From: a virus | Taxonomy: Duplodnaviria > Caudoviricetes | DNA length: 64,000 bases | Reading direction: 5' to 3' (one strand) | Virus record (IMG/VR): IMGVR_UViG_3300043013_000026 | Span: 45,335 to 109,334 of that record | Part shown: positions 39,986 to 48,616 of the stretch, piece by piece | How the letters are laid out: each line of letters opens with the position of its first letter | Numbering within the stretch: position 1 is the first letter of the stretch | Notes under the pieces: generated by a model | Told to the model about the DNA's origin: nothing | The model's input: only the letters and a program-made list of their open reading frames with translations | Database searches by the model: none | Program-made: the position numbers and the translations under genes

Positions 39986-40246
39986 TTATGCGTTAAATTT
40001 TTCTTTCCAAGCCAGATAATCGACACGCGATTGTGCCAGCAACTCAGGCGCTTTGACCTTCAAATCGTCAACGCGCACAATGGGCACGCCTTTGTACGAG
40101 ATGTAAAGACGACCGTTAAACTCGGTTACGTTAATGTTCTCGCAGCTCAGATTTTCAAGGTCGCGAACCTGCTGTTGCTGCTTGGCTTCTTGTGACTGGG
40201 TGCGATACTTCTTCAGCCACTCGCGAATAGCATTTAAAAAATTCAT
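39986..40246 (-). CDS. Hypothetical protein
   Basis: ORF. Confidence 0.6.
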   Translation of the reverse strand: MNFLNAIREWLKKYRTQSQEAKQQQQVRDLENLSCENINVTEFNGRLYISYKGVPIVRVDDLKVKAPELLAQSRVDYLAWKEKFNA

Positions 40247-40331
40247 TTACATAGCTATATAAATTTAAGAAAGAATTATTGCGACCGAAGCCGCCGTATC
40301 AATTTGACGATATTATAATTGCCAACAATTA

Positions 40332-40703
40332 TTAGCCATTTTCCCAGCGTTCCTGAGTATAGTAGAAGCCGACACCGCAGGTATATCCCTCATATACGAG
40401 TGGGCGAGCAATGAGGCCTTGGTCCGCAGAATCGCGATTAACAAGAGCGCAATACTGCTCCACAATATTGCGAGTGTTCTGCATTTCATACCCGCTTTTA
40501 TAAAGAGGCTTCAAATAGAACGAGTTGTCGCCAAACGACCAATTCAACATGTATGGGCGGTCATCAATGCCACCCAGTACGCAGCCATGACCGACTTCAA
40601 CATAACTGCTGAAATCGAAAATCTCCTCGAAAATGACGTCAGACATGACATCTTTTTCGTTTATCGGAGCTTTGTACAATTTGCCGTATTCAATGTCTAT
40701 CAT
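40332..40703 (-). CDS. Hypothetical protein
   Basis: ORF. Confidence 0.6.
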   Translation of the reverse strand: MIDIEYGKLYKAPINEKDVMSDVIFEEIFDFSSYVEVGHGCVLGGIDDRPYMLNWSFGDNSFYLKPLYKSGYEMQNTRNIVEQYCALVNRDSADQGLIARPLVYEGYTCGVGFYYTQERWENG

Positions 40704-40708
40704 AACGC

Positions 40709-41086
40709 TTACTTTGAGGGGAATATTGCCTGGAGCTTTACGACAAGACTTTGCGTTTCCTTATCATAAAGCTCAATGGTCTTTTCATCAAAATCTACCT
40801 GAACGTCATAGTCTGTGACGATACGCTCAGGCTCTATGTACATCGTATTGTGAGCCAATACGTCAAAGATGTTAGAGAGCAGGTCTTTTTCATTTACGTC
40901 GATTGTGCCATTGATGAACTCCAGCTCGTCTTCATTATAGCTGATGTCTTCATCGTTGACGCATACGTAATCGACCATTTCTATCTCACCTTTTGGCGAA
41001 TAGACGCTTCGAGGTTGAACCTCGACAACCTTTCCGTTATCTTTTACTCTTGCTTTCATAACCTTGTCAGATAAATCGTTTGACAT
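40709..41086 (-). CDS. Acidic hypothetical protein
   Basis: ORF. Confidence 0.55.
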   Translation of the reverse strand: MSNDLSDKVMKARVKDNGKVVEVQPRSVYSPKGEIEMVDYVCVNDEDISYNEDELEFINGTIDVNEKDLLSNIFDVLAHNTMYIEPERIVTDYDVQVDFDEKTIELYDKETQSLVVKLQAIFPSK

Positions 41087-41221
41087 AATCGTATGGTCCT
41101 GAGAGCGAGAAAACGTGCTCCCCATGTACCGATACGCATTTCAGGAGACAACAGCGCTTAGTTCCGGTAATCGTATAGTTGTCTCCGTTCCTATCTTTAC
41201 CGGATTTGAGAATGTTTGTTT

Positions 41222-41446
41222 TCATACGAGTTTGTATTTTTTGCGGTAATTCTTCATGCACTTACGCGCTTCTTGCTTAGTGCGGAACGGACCTGCAATC
41301 TGGAAGGATTCATCCCAGTGGATAAACCATAGCAATGTTCGTTCAATCGTGATACTCACGCCATAACTGTCACAGCCCCAGAGAGGATCAGTGCTCCATA
41401 CACGGGTGACGTTGATGGATTTAATTTTCTTTTGAAAGAGTGACAT
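41222..41446 (-). CDS. Hypothetical protein
   Basis: ORF. Confidence 0.5.
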   Translation of the reverse strand: MSLFQKKIKSINVTRVWSTDPLWGCDSYGVSITIERTLLWFIHWDESFQIAGPFRTKQEARKCMKNYRKKYKLV

Positions 41447-41470
41447 GTGATAATGAGGTTTGATATTGGG

Positions 41471-42040
41471 TTAGTTAGTGTAGATTGGTATCAGTTCGCA
41501 CACCGGCACTTCCGCTTCAGAATGGTCGTTTCCGATTAAAACAACCGTATCCAACGAGAAATCGTCCGGGTCAATAGGTTCACCATGTTCGTTAAATTCA
41601 AAAGGTACTTCAAATACAGTGTACTCTCCAGAAGTAAGTTCCTCCGGGTCGTTCCACCATACCTTTGCCCCTTTCTTGAGGAAACGGTAGAAGTAGCCGA
41701 TGTCCTCGTCCTCGAACTCGTTGATGTATGTCTCAGGACATGCCCACTCAAGTCTGTGGAATAAATAGTCACACCACTCACGATTGCCAAAGCATAAGTC
41801 AAGCAAGTCGTTATGAGTGTATCCTTCGATGGCGAAAAACCCGTCTTCATCGGGCTTAACGTCGTCAAAGTCGTGCTCTGGAATGTAACAAACTGCATCC
41901 CAGTCTTTCTCATAGGCATCTACGTCCTTGTAGATATTGCCAAACGCAAGCCCATTGTCAAAATAGCCCGGTGCAAATCGGTATGCGCCATCGACTATCT
42001 TCAGCTCGCCGCATGAAACTTTTTTGATTTCCATTGTCAA
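41471..42040 (-). CDS. Acidic hypothetical protein
   Basis: D/E-rich ORF. Confidence 0.65.
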   Translation of the reverse strand: MTMEIKKVSCGELKIVDGAYRFAPGYFDNGLAFGNIYKDVDAYEKDWDAVCYIPEHDFDDVKPDEDGFFAIEGYTHNDLLDLCFGNREWCDYLFHRLEWACPETYINEFEDEDIGYFYRFLKKGAKVWWNDPEELTSGEYTVFEVPFEFNEHGEPIDPDDFSLDTVVLIGNDHSEAEVPVCELIPIYTN

Positions 42041-42041
42041 T

Positions 42042-42329
42042 TTAGTTTAGGTGGAAGTTCGCTTCCATTGCAGAGATGACTTGATTGCCAATCGTGGCAA
42101 AATAATGTTCACGAGGCCCGTTTCCGGTCTGGATGAGGCTACGTATATTGCCGTTAGCCATATCTTCAACTTTGAAATGATATGGAGCTTCCACAATCAT
42201 TTTACAAATGGCATTAAATAGCACATCCTTGGGGTTGGAACTGGTGACAGAGCCGATACTAATCTGCTCTCCGTCATCAGCCAACCACACAAGGCGATAC
42301 TCTTTAGCTGGTTTTCTTATTTGCGCCAT
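42042..42329 (-). CDS. Hypothetical protein
   Basis: ORF coupled to the upstream gene. Confidence 0.55.
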   Translation of the reverse strand: MAQIRKPAKEYRLVWLADDGEQISIGSVTSSNPKDVLFNAICKMIVEAPYHFKVEDMANGNIRSLIQTGNGPREHYFATIGNQVISAMEANFHLN

Positions 42330-43372
42330 TCAGCAATCTTACGGTTAATGTTAATGCCGTTGTCTTTGATGAGCTGCTTCATCACGCCGAACAAGCGCCA
42401 ACCCTCATCAGAGTAGAGGTTAGCCTTCTCATCCAGCTTAGTGAGAGAAGCTGACTGCGACAAGAAGCGACCAGCGTCTGAACGGAACTTAGCGCTGTGG
42501 AACAGGATGAGGTTGCGCATAGTGAAGTATGCACCGGCACCCTTGTAAGCATCCTTGAACTCGTTAGCCATCGGGATTGTGTAAGATACCCAGGTTTTCT
42601 TCACGAGAGCGTAGAAGGAAACGGTGTTGACGTACAGCTCAGTGGCGTTCTTAGACGCTTTGATTTTGAGCGCAAGGTTGAGAAGCGGCTGAGTGACCTT
42701 TGCCGGAACGTCCTCGACAAAGATATTCTGACCCTTCAGACGGATGTACGGAACTCGCTTGCAGCGTTTCTTCGGCATGACGCGAATGTGGTCACGGAGC
42801 TTTTCGATGTAATCCATAGCAATGAGATATACACGCTCCTTGTTGAAGTAGAGGTTACGCTGGGCGAAATTCTCAGCGTCACCACGGGTTTCCATCTTCG
42901 ACTGAGCCAACAGTTCCTCCACGATCATCTTCCACTGGTAGGCATAGCCCTTGTTCTGGAGTGCTTGGAGGAAGTTGCCATCAGCAAGCATGTGGAAGAC
43001 CTGTGCCATCACCCAGCGACGGAACAGCTGAGGATTGCGAACCGTTCCGCCTCCGAGAATAGAGGCGAAGATTGGGTCGTCATCAGGAACGACGGTGAGT
43101 TGTCCGTTGGTCAGACGGGCTACGATTTCTTGACCGGTGGCACCCTTCATGCTGAAAAGGTTGTCCACGTTCACACCGGCTTTGCGGAGTGCTTCGATTT
43201 TAGCTTCTGCTTTCATATCCTTACGATTGGGTTTTGATTGACCTACGACGGTCGGGTGAATTGTTCCGAGATTACTGTCAGCGCCAATTACTACGCCAAC
43301 TGCTACATGGGTTGTTTCCGGGATTGCGAACTCTGCGCCACATTTAGGGCATACGATTTTAGTCTTGCTCAT
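42317..43372 (-). CDS. Unknown basic 351-aa protein, candidate RT-system partner
   Basis: N-terminal CPKC knuckle; co-oriented downstream of the RT and array. Confidence 0.75.
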   Translation of the reverse strand: MSKTKIVCPKCGAEFAIPETTHVAVGVVIGADSNLGTIHPTVVGQSKPNRKDMKAEAKIEALRKAGVNVDNLFSMKGATGQEIVARLTNGQLTVVPDDDPIFASILGGGTVRNPQLFRRWVMAQVFHMLADGNFLQALQNKGYAYQWKMIVEELLAQSKMETRGDAENFAQRNLYFNKERVYLIAMDYIEKLRDHIRVMPKKRCKRVPYIRLKGQNIFVEDVPAKVTQPLLNLALKIKASKNATELYVNTVSFYALVKKTWVSYTIPMANEFKDAYKGAGAYFTMRNLILFHSAKFRSDAGRFLSQSASLTKLDEKANLYSDEGWRLFGVMKQLIKDNGININRKIAEWRK

Positions 43373-43383
43373 TGTTATAAGAT

Positions 43384-43860
43384 TTATTTGTTGTTATTAA
43401 TTTGTTTATCCTTGTTGTTTTCAATCCATTTCTTCAGGATGATAAGAGATGGATGTGTACTTGATTGCCAGAACCATAATCCGCTGGCAAAACTATTCCA
43501 ATCTAACGCGCTTTGAATTAGTTGGCAGAGTATGAAAAGCTCCAACTCTACCTGCGCTTCCTCACGACGAATACCGTATAGCATATCCTCGTCAGCAAGC
43601 TTCTTCTCTGGGAGGGCTCGGAAATAGCTGCGAGTCTTCTGCTCACTGCGCTGAGAAGGTACGCTGTGATAGAAGCGTTCATACAACCTCTCAATCTCTT
43701 TCAGAGGTTCATTAGACGGAGCGCATCCGAGATTGCCCTCATACTTTCCGTCTTTGATGACATATCTGCCATCAACTCTCAGGCTTCGATGCTCGAAACT
43801 AACTGAGAAGCGAGCGCCTTTAGCGACGCGACCAAGTGTTTCCTTATAGATGTTACTCAT
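43384..43860 (-). CDS. Unknown 158-aa protein, candidate RT-system partner
   Basis: ATG at 43860 lies about 15 nt downstream of the last array unit. Confidence 0.7.
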   Translation of the reverse strand: MSNIYKETLGRVAKGARFSVSFEHRSLRVDGRYVIKDGKYEGNLGCAPSNEPLKEIERLYERFYHSVPSQRSEQKTRSYFRALPEKKLADEDMLYGIRREEAQVELELFILCQLIQSALDWNSFASGLWFWQSSTHPSLIILKKWIENNKDKQINNNK

Positions 43861-43875
43861 ATAAATTAAAATTGT

Positions 43876-45010
43876 GCAACTCAAGTCAGTGACGTATAGC
43901 TTTATTCAAACTGATCGGGTCAGGTTTGTTGCCTCCTGAGCTTGGACTGTGTGTCTCAAGCTCGGAGGTCATACAAGTCCTGAGTAAGTGAATTTTTGAC
44001 TCCTTGTTGCGAAATGTTACGTTACATATCCACGTCCTCATCAGCGTGGCGCATTACTGTAATCACCATGATTAAGGAGCTGGTGATTGAAGGCGGGCGC
44101 CTGCAAGTAGGCAAGGCGCCCGCCTCTCTTTGAACCAGCTACGATGAAGTGGCTGACCTCGGACGAAACCTTTGCGCTTAGTAATGTATAGCTATCAAAC
44201 TCACGATGCGTTGCTTTACAGGGGCGATTTGAAACAGTATTGGCTTCCTGGGCACCGGCGTGAAGCGGGTGACAACCGGAAGCACGCCGGTTCCCAGCGA
44301 TGATTAAATACTGTTCACAATAAATTTGAGTTTCTTTAGCTACGGGCTGACGCATTTCAGTGATGATGTGGATGGCGTTGTATGTATCTGCATCAAGGCG
44401 ATAATAAAGAGTAAGAGCCTTGTACGCGACGATCGAGGTGTTGATCGTCGCGAACAGGTTAACGTCCTCTTTAATTAAAGTTGCCATCATCATTCATCGA
44501 CCGCATACACGGTTGTTCAAAATTGTTAGCTGAGTGATTATCCGTATGTTGCTATATCACGTTGATCCGATTGCGGATATGTGACGTTGAGACTGTCCAG
44601 CCTGGACGTCGAAAACGTCATCCCAGCCGCATAAGGTGAATGTGACAATCGTTCAACTAACTGCTGCATACCCAGCTTATTGATTGGCGTATAGAGTGCC
44701 ATGTTTCTGTACCGTTTTGATGTGAGTCATCAGTGGATACGGGTACCTGGAAGGCTTGATATTGGCATGTAAGGTACCCGTATAAACCGATGAATCCTGA
44801 AATATTCTATTCTTCCAATCAAACCCGCATGTCCGGGTTTTCCAGTAGAAGTCATATCGCATTGTATGTTTCTATATCAATTTGATGTAAACTCGAATTG
44901 CCAGATCGGTGAAGCACTGGGACAGATAGTCAGCCGTCCCAGGGCTCTCACCGATCTGGTTAAGACTCGATGTTACTGAATTGTGCAATCATTCTTCTAC
45001 TCCTTCATAC
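43876..45010 (-). ncRNA. Array of seven structurally conserved, sequence-diverse ncRNA units downstream of the RT
   Basis: Motif RYRTWNCTNYA-N7/8-GAT (+ strand) at 43894, 44051, 44208, 44382, 44546, 44701, 44866; each followed by a long hairpin and enclosed by covarying stems. Confidence 0.8.
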
Positions 45011-45024
45011 TAAGGTTTCGGGAA

Positions 45025-46287
45025 TTACAACGACTCTACCAAAGTTAAGTACGCTTCACGATTAGTAACCATAGCGTTCTGCATACAACTGATAGTGAGA
45101 TAGCCCTCGATTTCTTGCGGAGTTTTCTCGCGGTTAGCCTTCACATTGCGACCGAGGCCACGCTGGATACAACCGCCAGACTTGCTTGCTACATAGCCGA
45201 GACCGCCAATCTTCGTCTTACCGGTCATCACTGCCCTCAAGCAATCCATCACAAACTTATCCAGTTCGTGAATATCACTTTTGACGTTGCATATCGGTAA
45301 AATCTGAGTAGCCCAACTAAACTCACCATCGCCTTTGTAGAGATAACGGTTCACTGCATTGACAGCCTTACGTAGAGTTACGTCAGGCTTGCGAATTGTC
45401 CGGGATAAAATTTCCTTCTGGAAGGTTTTGAGACGAGTGCTACTGAGTGATATGTCAGAGCCTTTGATTGAATATCCCAGAAATTTAAACCAGTGAGTCG
45501 GTGTGAGATATTCAACTTTCTTCGGATTTAGTGACATGTTCATTTGTTCAAGCTCAGCCCTCAAAATGAACATTGCCTCCTCGTAATCCGGTCCGACAAA
45601 CAGCATGTCGTCGGAGTAGCGTATATACTCACCGTTCAGCTCGTCTATCCTTGAATCAATGTGGTAGAGGAGCACGTCAGCGAGCCAGGAAGCAACGGCA
45701 CAACCCTGCTTTAGTGATTGGTAAGCCTCATGCAGTTCTCCGTCCGGCGAGAAGTACCAATCACTGTTGTAATACTTTCTCAGAACGTCGATTAACGCAG
45801 AATGTCCATATTTGTTTTCAACCTTATGGAACGCTTGCTCAATGAAGCAGAGAGGAACGCTGTCGAAGTATTTGCTGAGGTCCGACTTCCAGCCGATAAC
45901 CTCATCCTTCGCTTTGCAAATCTCTTTGGAAATCTCCTTCACAATTTTTCCACAGCCCATACCTTTTTGATAAGAGCGGCATTTCGGATGAACCATCTCA
46001 GGCATCAACTCAAACAGCAGGTCGTTAGCGATACTGAGAAGTACGCGGTCAATCGGCTCGTTGATATAGACGGTTCGGAAATCGCCGTTGTCCTTGGGGA
46101 TTTGAGCGGTGTGCGGCGGCGCTATTTGATAGCGACCATCGCGAATAGCCTCATACATCTCAAGCCTCACTTCAGGCTTAGTGAGCTGGTAGAGGTCTCG
46201 TTTCGGGATGTGCTTTCCAACGCCTTTCTCGATGGCATATTCCCAGCGAGGAAGCTCGAAAAACTTTTCTAATATTATGTCGCTCAT
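45025..46287 (-). CDS. Reverse transcriptase (unknown-group type)
   Basis: 'IPKDNGDFRTV', 'DRVL', 'KSDLSKYFDSV', 'LKQG', 'YIRYSDDM', 'LNPKK', 'KFLGY'. Confidence 0.95.
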   Translation of the reverse strand: MSDIILEKFFELPRWEYAIEKGVGKHIPKRDLYQLTKPEVRLEMYEAIRDGRYQIAPPHTAQIPKDNGDFRTVYINEPIDRVLLSIANDLLFELMPEMVHPKCRSYQKGMGCGKIVKEISKEICKAKDEVIGWKSDLSKYFDSVPLCFIEQAFHKVENKYGHSALIDVLRKYYNSDWYFSPDGELHEAYQSLKQGCAVASWLADVLLYHIDSRIDELNGEYIRYSDDMLFVGPDYEEAMFILRAELEQMNMSLNPKKVEYLTPTHWFKFLGYSIKGSDISLSSTRLKTFQKEILSRTIRKPDVTLRKAVNAVNRYLYKGDGEFSWATQILPICNVKSDIHELDKFVMDCLRAVMTGKTKIGGLGYVASKSGGCIQRGLGRNVKANREKTPQEIEGYLTISCMQNAMVTNREAYLTLVESL

Positions 46288-46302
46288 ATTAATACATTCT
46301 AA

Positions 46303-46524
46303 TTAAAACCATCGAAGAACTTTTGGTGTTTCCCAGTAAAAGCTGCAACCTGGACAAGCTCTCTGAATAATTGAAAGAACTTTGTCGCGGATCGAGCTCT
46401 GGAAAATTCGTAGTTGATTGCGCTTCAAGGTAAAATCCTTGCCACGCTTCATTCCATTAAGAGTGAGCACCGCTTGAATAGCCTTGTGACTTTCTACGGG
46501 CTGATTTTCGTTTATTGATGTCAT
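46303..46524 (-). CDS. Hypothetical protein
   Basis: Small ORF directly upstream of the RT. Confidence 0.45.
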   Translation of the reverse strand: MTSINENQPVESHKAIQAVLTLNGMKRGKDFTLKRNQLRIFQSSIRDKVLSIIQRACPGCSFYWETPKVLRWF

Positions 46525-46804
46525 TAATTTTCCCTGATTTGAAAAGAAGTTGTTTACGCTGTCGGTACTCTCTCTTCTTCTCAGCCCAGTAAGCAGGAGA
46601 CCGCTTCTTAGGTATGCTCCTAACTGGAGGATGAGCAATGTTTTGAATCGTCCATTTGCTACAATGAAACATTGCAGCCAGTTGACGATAGCTGTATCCC
46701 TCGGAAATCAATATCTTGATTGCGCTTACCGAGTCTTGGCTGAGCTTTCTTCGTTTATCATATCGAGTGCCGGCAATTAATATTTTCTCACTTTTGTATG
46801 GCAT
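46457..46804 (-). CDS. HTH DNA-binding protein
   Basis: 'GYSYRQLAAMFHCSKWTIQNI'. Confidence 0.7.
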   Translation of the reverse strand: MPYKSEKILIAGTRYDKRRKLSQDSVSAIKILISEGYSYRQLAAMFHCSKWTIQNIAHPPVRSIPKKRSPAYWAEKKREYRQRKQLLFKSGKINDINKRKSARRKSQGYSSGAHS

Positions 46805-47164
46805 TTATGAGTTCGGTTTGTTCCCCATCAAGTCCACTGCCAGACCATTGGGGCATCTCTCGTCAAACCAATGCCAAATGCTATATCGGTCAGTTCCTTT
46901 CTCGAAGAATAGAAAATCTTCTTCAATACATTCATCCTTGTCAATCGGAACATCTTCCAGCAACTCCCACATTTCAGGCAACGTCATCAGCTTAACGTGA
47001 CTGTTACATGAATTGCAGTAATTGTTGTCTTCATCGTAGAAAGAGCCTACATACTCCTCTATTTCTCCGGTTGCATCGTTAACCCAAGCCAATGAACTTA
47101 CATTACTTGAGCCGCATTGAGGGCAGTAACGAGTAAATAAGAATTTGTCCATTATCATTTGCAT
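46805..47164 (-). CDS. Zn-ribbon hypothetical protein
   Basis: CPQC...CNSC; 'GTDRYSIWHWFDE'. Confidence 0.65.
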   Translation of the reverse strand: MQMIMDKFLFTRYCPQCGSSNVSSLAWVNDATGEIEEYVGSFYDEDNNYCNSCNSHVKLMTLPEMWELLEDVPIDKDECIEEDFLFFEKGTDRYSIWHWFDERCPNGLAVDLMGNKPNS

Positions 47165-47207
47165 TTAACGCCGGGGCAGAAAACTGCCCCGGCAGGAAGA
47201 TTAAAGA

Positions 47208-47888
47208 TTAAACCTTACATGCTACAGCAGGGCGAACAACGTAAGTGTTGTACTTGTTGTAGTAGCCGCCGCTATAACCATTGCCGAAATTGACGTACCA
47301 CGAGTTGTAGGATGAGTTCTCGGTGGATGACCAATGGTATTCCTTGCGAAGAGGAGAACCACCTACCGCTTCCAGTGCGGCATTGACAGCTTTGACATTT
47401 AGGAGAATGAGATATAATTGGGCGAGGGATGGGATGTATTGATTAGGCTGGAGATCAATCTCTGGATTGAGCGCTTCACCGTAATCAGCGGTGTTATCTT
47501 CGCCTCTCCAGTCTGAGATAGCATCGAAGAAATCGCTGTGGAAGAACTCAGGCGTACCACATTCTTCAACGGTAGTAAGAGCTACTTCTTCACCATCGCA
47601 AGCATCGTGAAGCGCAACGGTAGCGATTTTGTCACCCATCCTGACAGCCACTCCGACCACAGAATCCTTAATAGCTTCCACGTTTTCAAGGACCGTCAGT
47701 GAGCCATTGTTGAGTACGTAATAAACACCGTCAGTGTTGTTGAGCTGAGAGGGAGCCACTTGAGAAACGGGTGTCTTACCATTGCCTATAATAAAATCAA
47801 AGCACTCTTTTGCTTTGGCGACATCATAATTGAGTCGTTCTACGAGTGTAGCCCTGAAAGACTGCACCGGATTAAGTTTTATTTCCAT
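47208..47888 (-). CDS. DUF1566/CLec-fold protein (DGR-target type)
   Basis: 'YIPSLAQL', 'YHWSSTE...SWYVNFGNG...VVRP'. Confidence 0.75.
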   Translation of the reverse strand: MEIKLNPVQSFRATLVERLNYDVAKAKECFDFIIGNGKTPVSQVAPSQLNNTDGVYYVLNNGSLTVLENVEAIKDSVVGVAVRMGDKIATVALHDACDGEEVALTTVEECGTPEFFHSDFFDAISDWRGEDNTADYGEALNPEIDLQPNQYIPSLAQLYLILLNVKAVNAALEAVGGSPLRKEYHWSSTENSSYNSWYVNFGNGYSGGYYNKYNTYVVRPAVACKV

Positions 47889-47980
47889 TGTTGTAATCAG
47901 TTTGATTGTTTATTTACGAATAGATTTGTTGTTCGTTTTAGGGGTGAAAAGATGTACACTTTAACACGGGATTATAAAAA

Positions 47981-48004
47981 AGACCGAGCGTTTCCACTCG
48001 GTCT
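47981..48004 (-). terminator. Intrinsic terminator
   Basis: AGACCGAG...CTCGGTCT with a U-tract on the - strand. Confidence 0.65.
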
Positions 48005-48028
48005 TCCAAACCTCAGAAAATGTACTTA

Positions 48029-48616
48029 TCACTCTTCAAACTCTATTTGGTAAAGAGCATAGTCTTCAACATCAGAAGCGTTAACATATTGCTCAAGAAC
48101 ATCTTGCACGTCCTCGAATGTCTTAGCTCCTTTGATTCCGGTGGCACGCTCAACCGCTTTGATGAGTTCTTTCAGCGATGAATAATAATTTCCATCATCG
48201 CCGTCAAATCCTTCCATATAGAAGTAGTAGCGTTCATCGAAATACACACTGTTAACATCGTTAGTCACCCAATACTCACACCCGAACTCCTCAGATATGT
48301 AGTAAAGCTTCACACCTGGGAATTTCTCTTCAATCAGGTGTCTTGTTCCATCAGCCTCTGCCCATGCGGTTTCCGTAAAGAACGAGAGGTGAGTTTCGTC
48401 GTCACGAGTCACTTCGGTATAATATCCTCGGCATCGCACCTCATTGTAGTCTCCACCAAGAGCGGCTACGATATTGCCAAGCCAATTAGCACCGAAATCG
48501 TTTTCTATTAGCCCTGAGCCCGGCATTGCATCCAAGCACACCATCATATCTTCCAGTCGCTGTATTTGTTCTTTCGGGCCTTCAGCGACGTATGATGAAA
48601 AACACCAATTAGGCAT
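48029..48616 (-). CDS. DUF1281/Api92-like ferredoxin-fold protein
   Basis: 'MPNWC' start and 'FFTETAW' motif. Confidence 0.6.
   Translation of the reverse strand: MPNWCFSSYVAEGPKEQIQRLEDMMVCLDAMPGSGLIENDFGANWLGNIVAALGGDYNEVRCRGYYTEVTRDDETHLSFFTETAWAEADGTRHLIEEKFPGVKLYYISEEFGCEYWVTNDVNSVYFDERYYFYMEGFDGDDGNYYSSLKELIKAVERATGIKGAKTFEDVQDVLEQYVNASDVEDYALYQIEFEE

Noticed and set aside
44041-44862. ORFs of 150 aa (44041-44493) and 61 aa (44677-44862) within the array
   Set aside because: No recognisable protein features; they cut across unit boundaries and are better explained as chance ORFs in structured non-coding sequence
43876-45010. CRISPR array
   Set aside because: No identical direct repeats, the period is about 160 nt, conservation is structural, and no cas genes are present
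45025-46287. Group II intron or classical retron
   Set aside because: No interrupted host gene or recognisable domain V/VI; only 15 nt of upstream intergenic space for msr/msd; no VTG motif
43876-47888. RT plus CLec gene as a complete DGR
   Set aside because: The RT lacks the DGR PIG...SQ motif, there is no Avd-like gene, and the array is not an adenine-variant copy of the CLec 3' end
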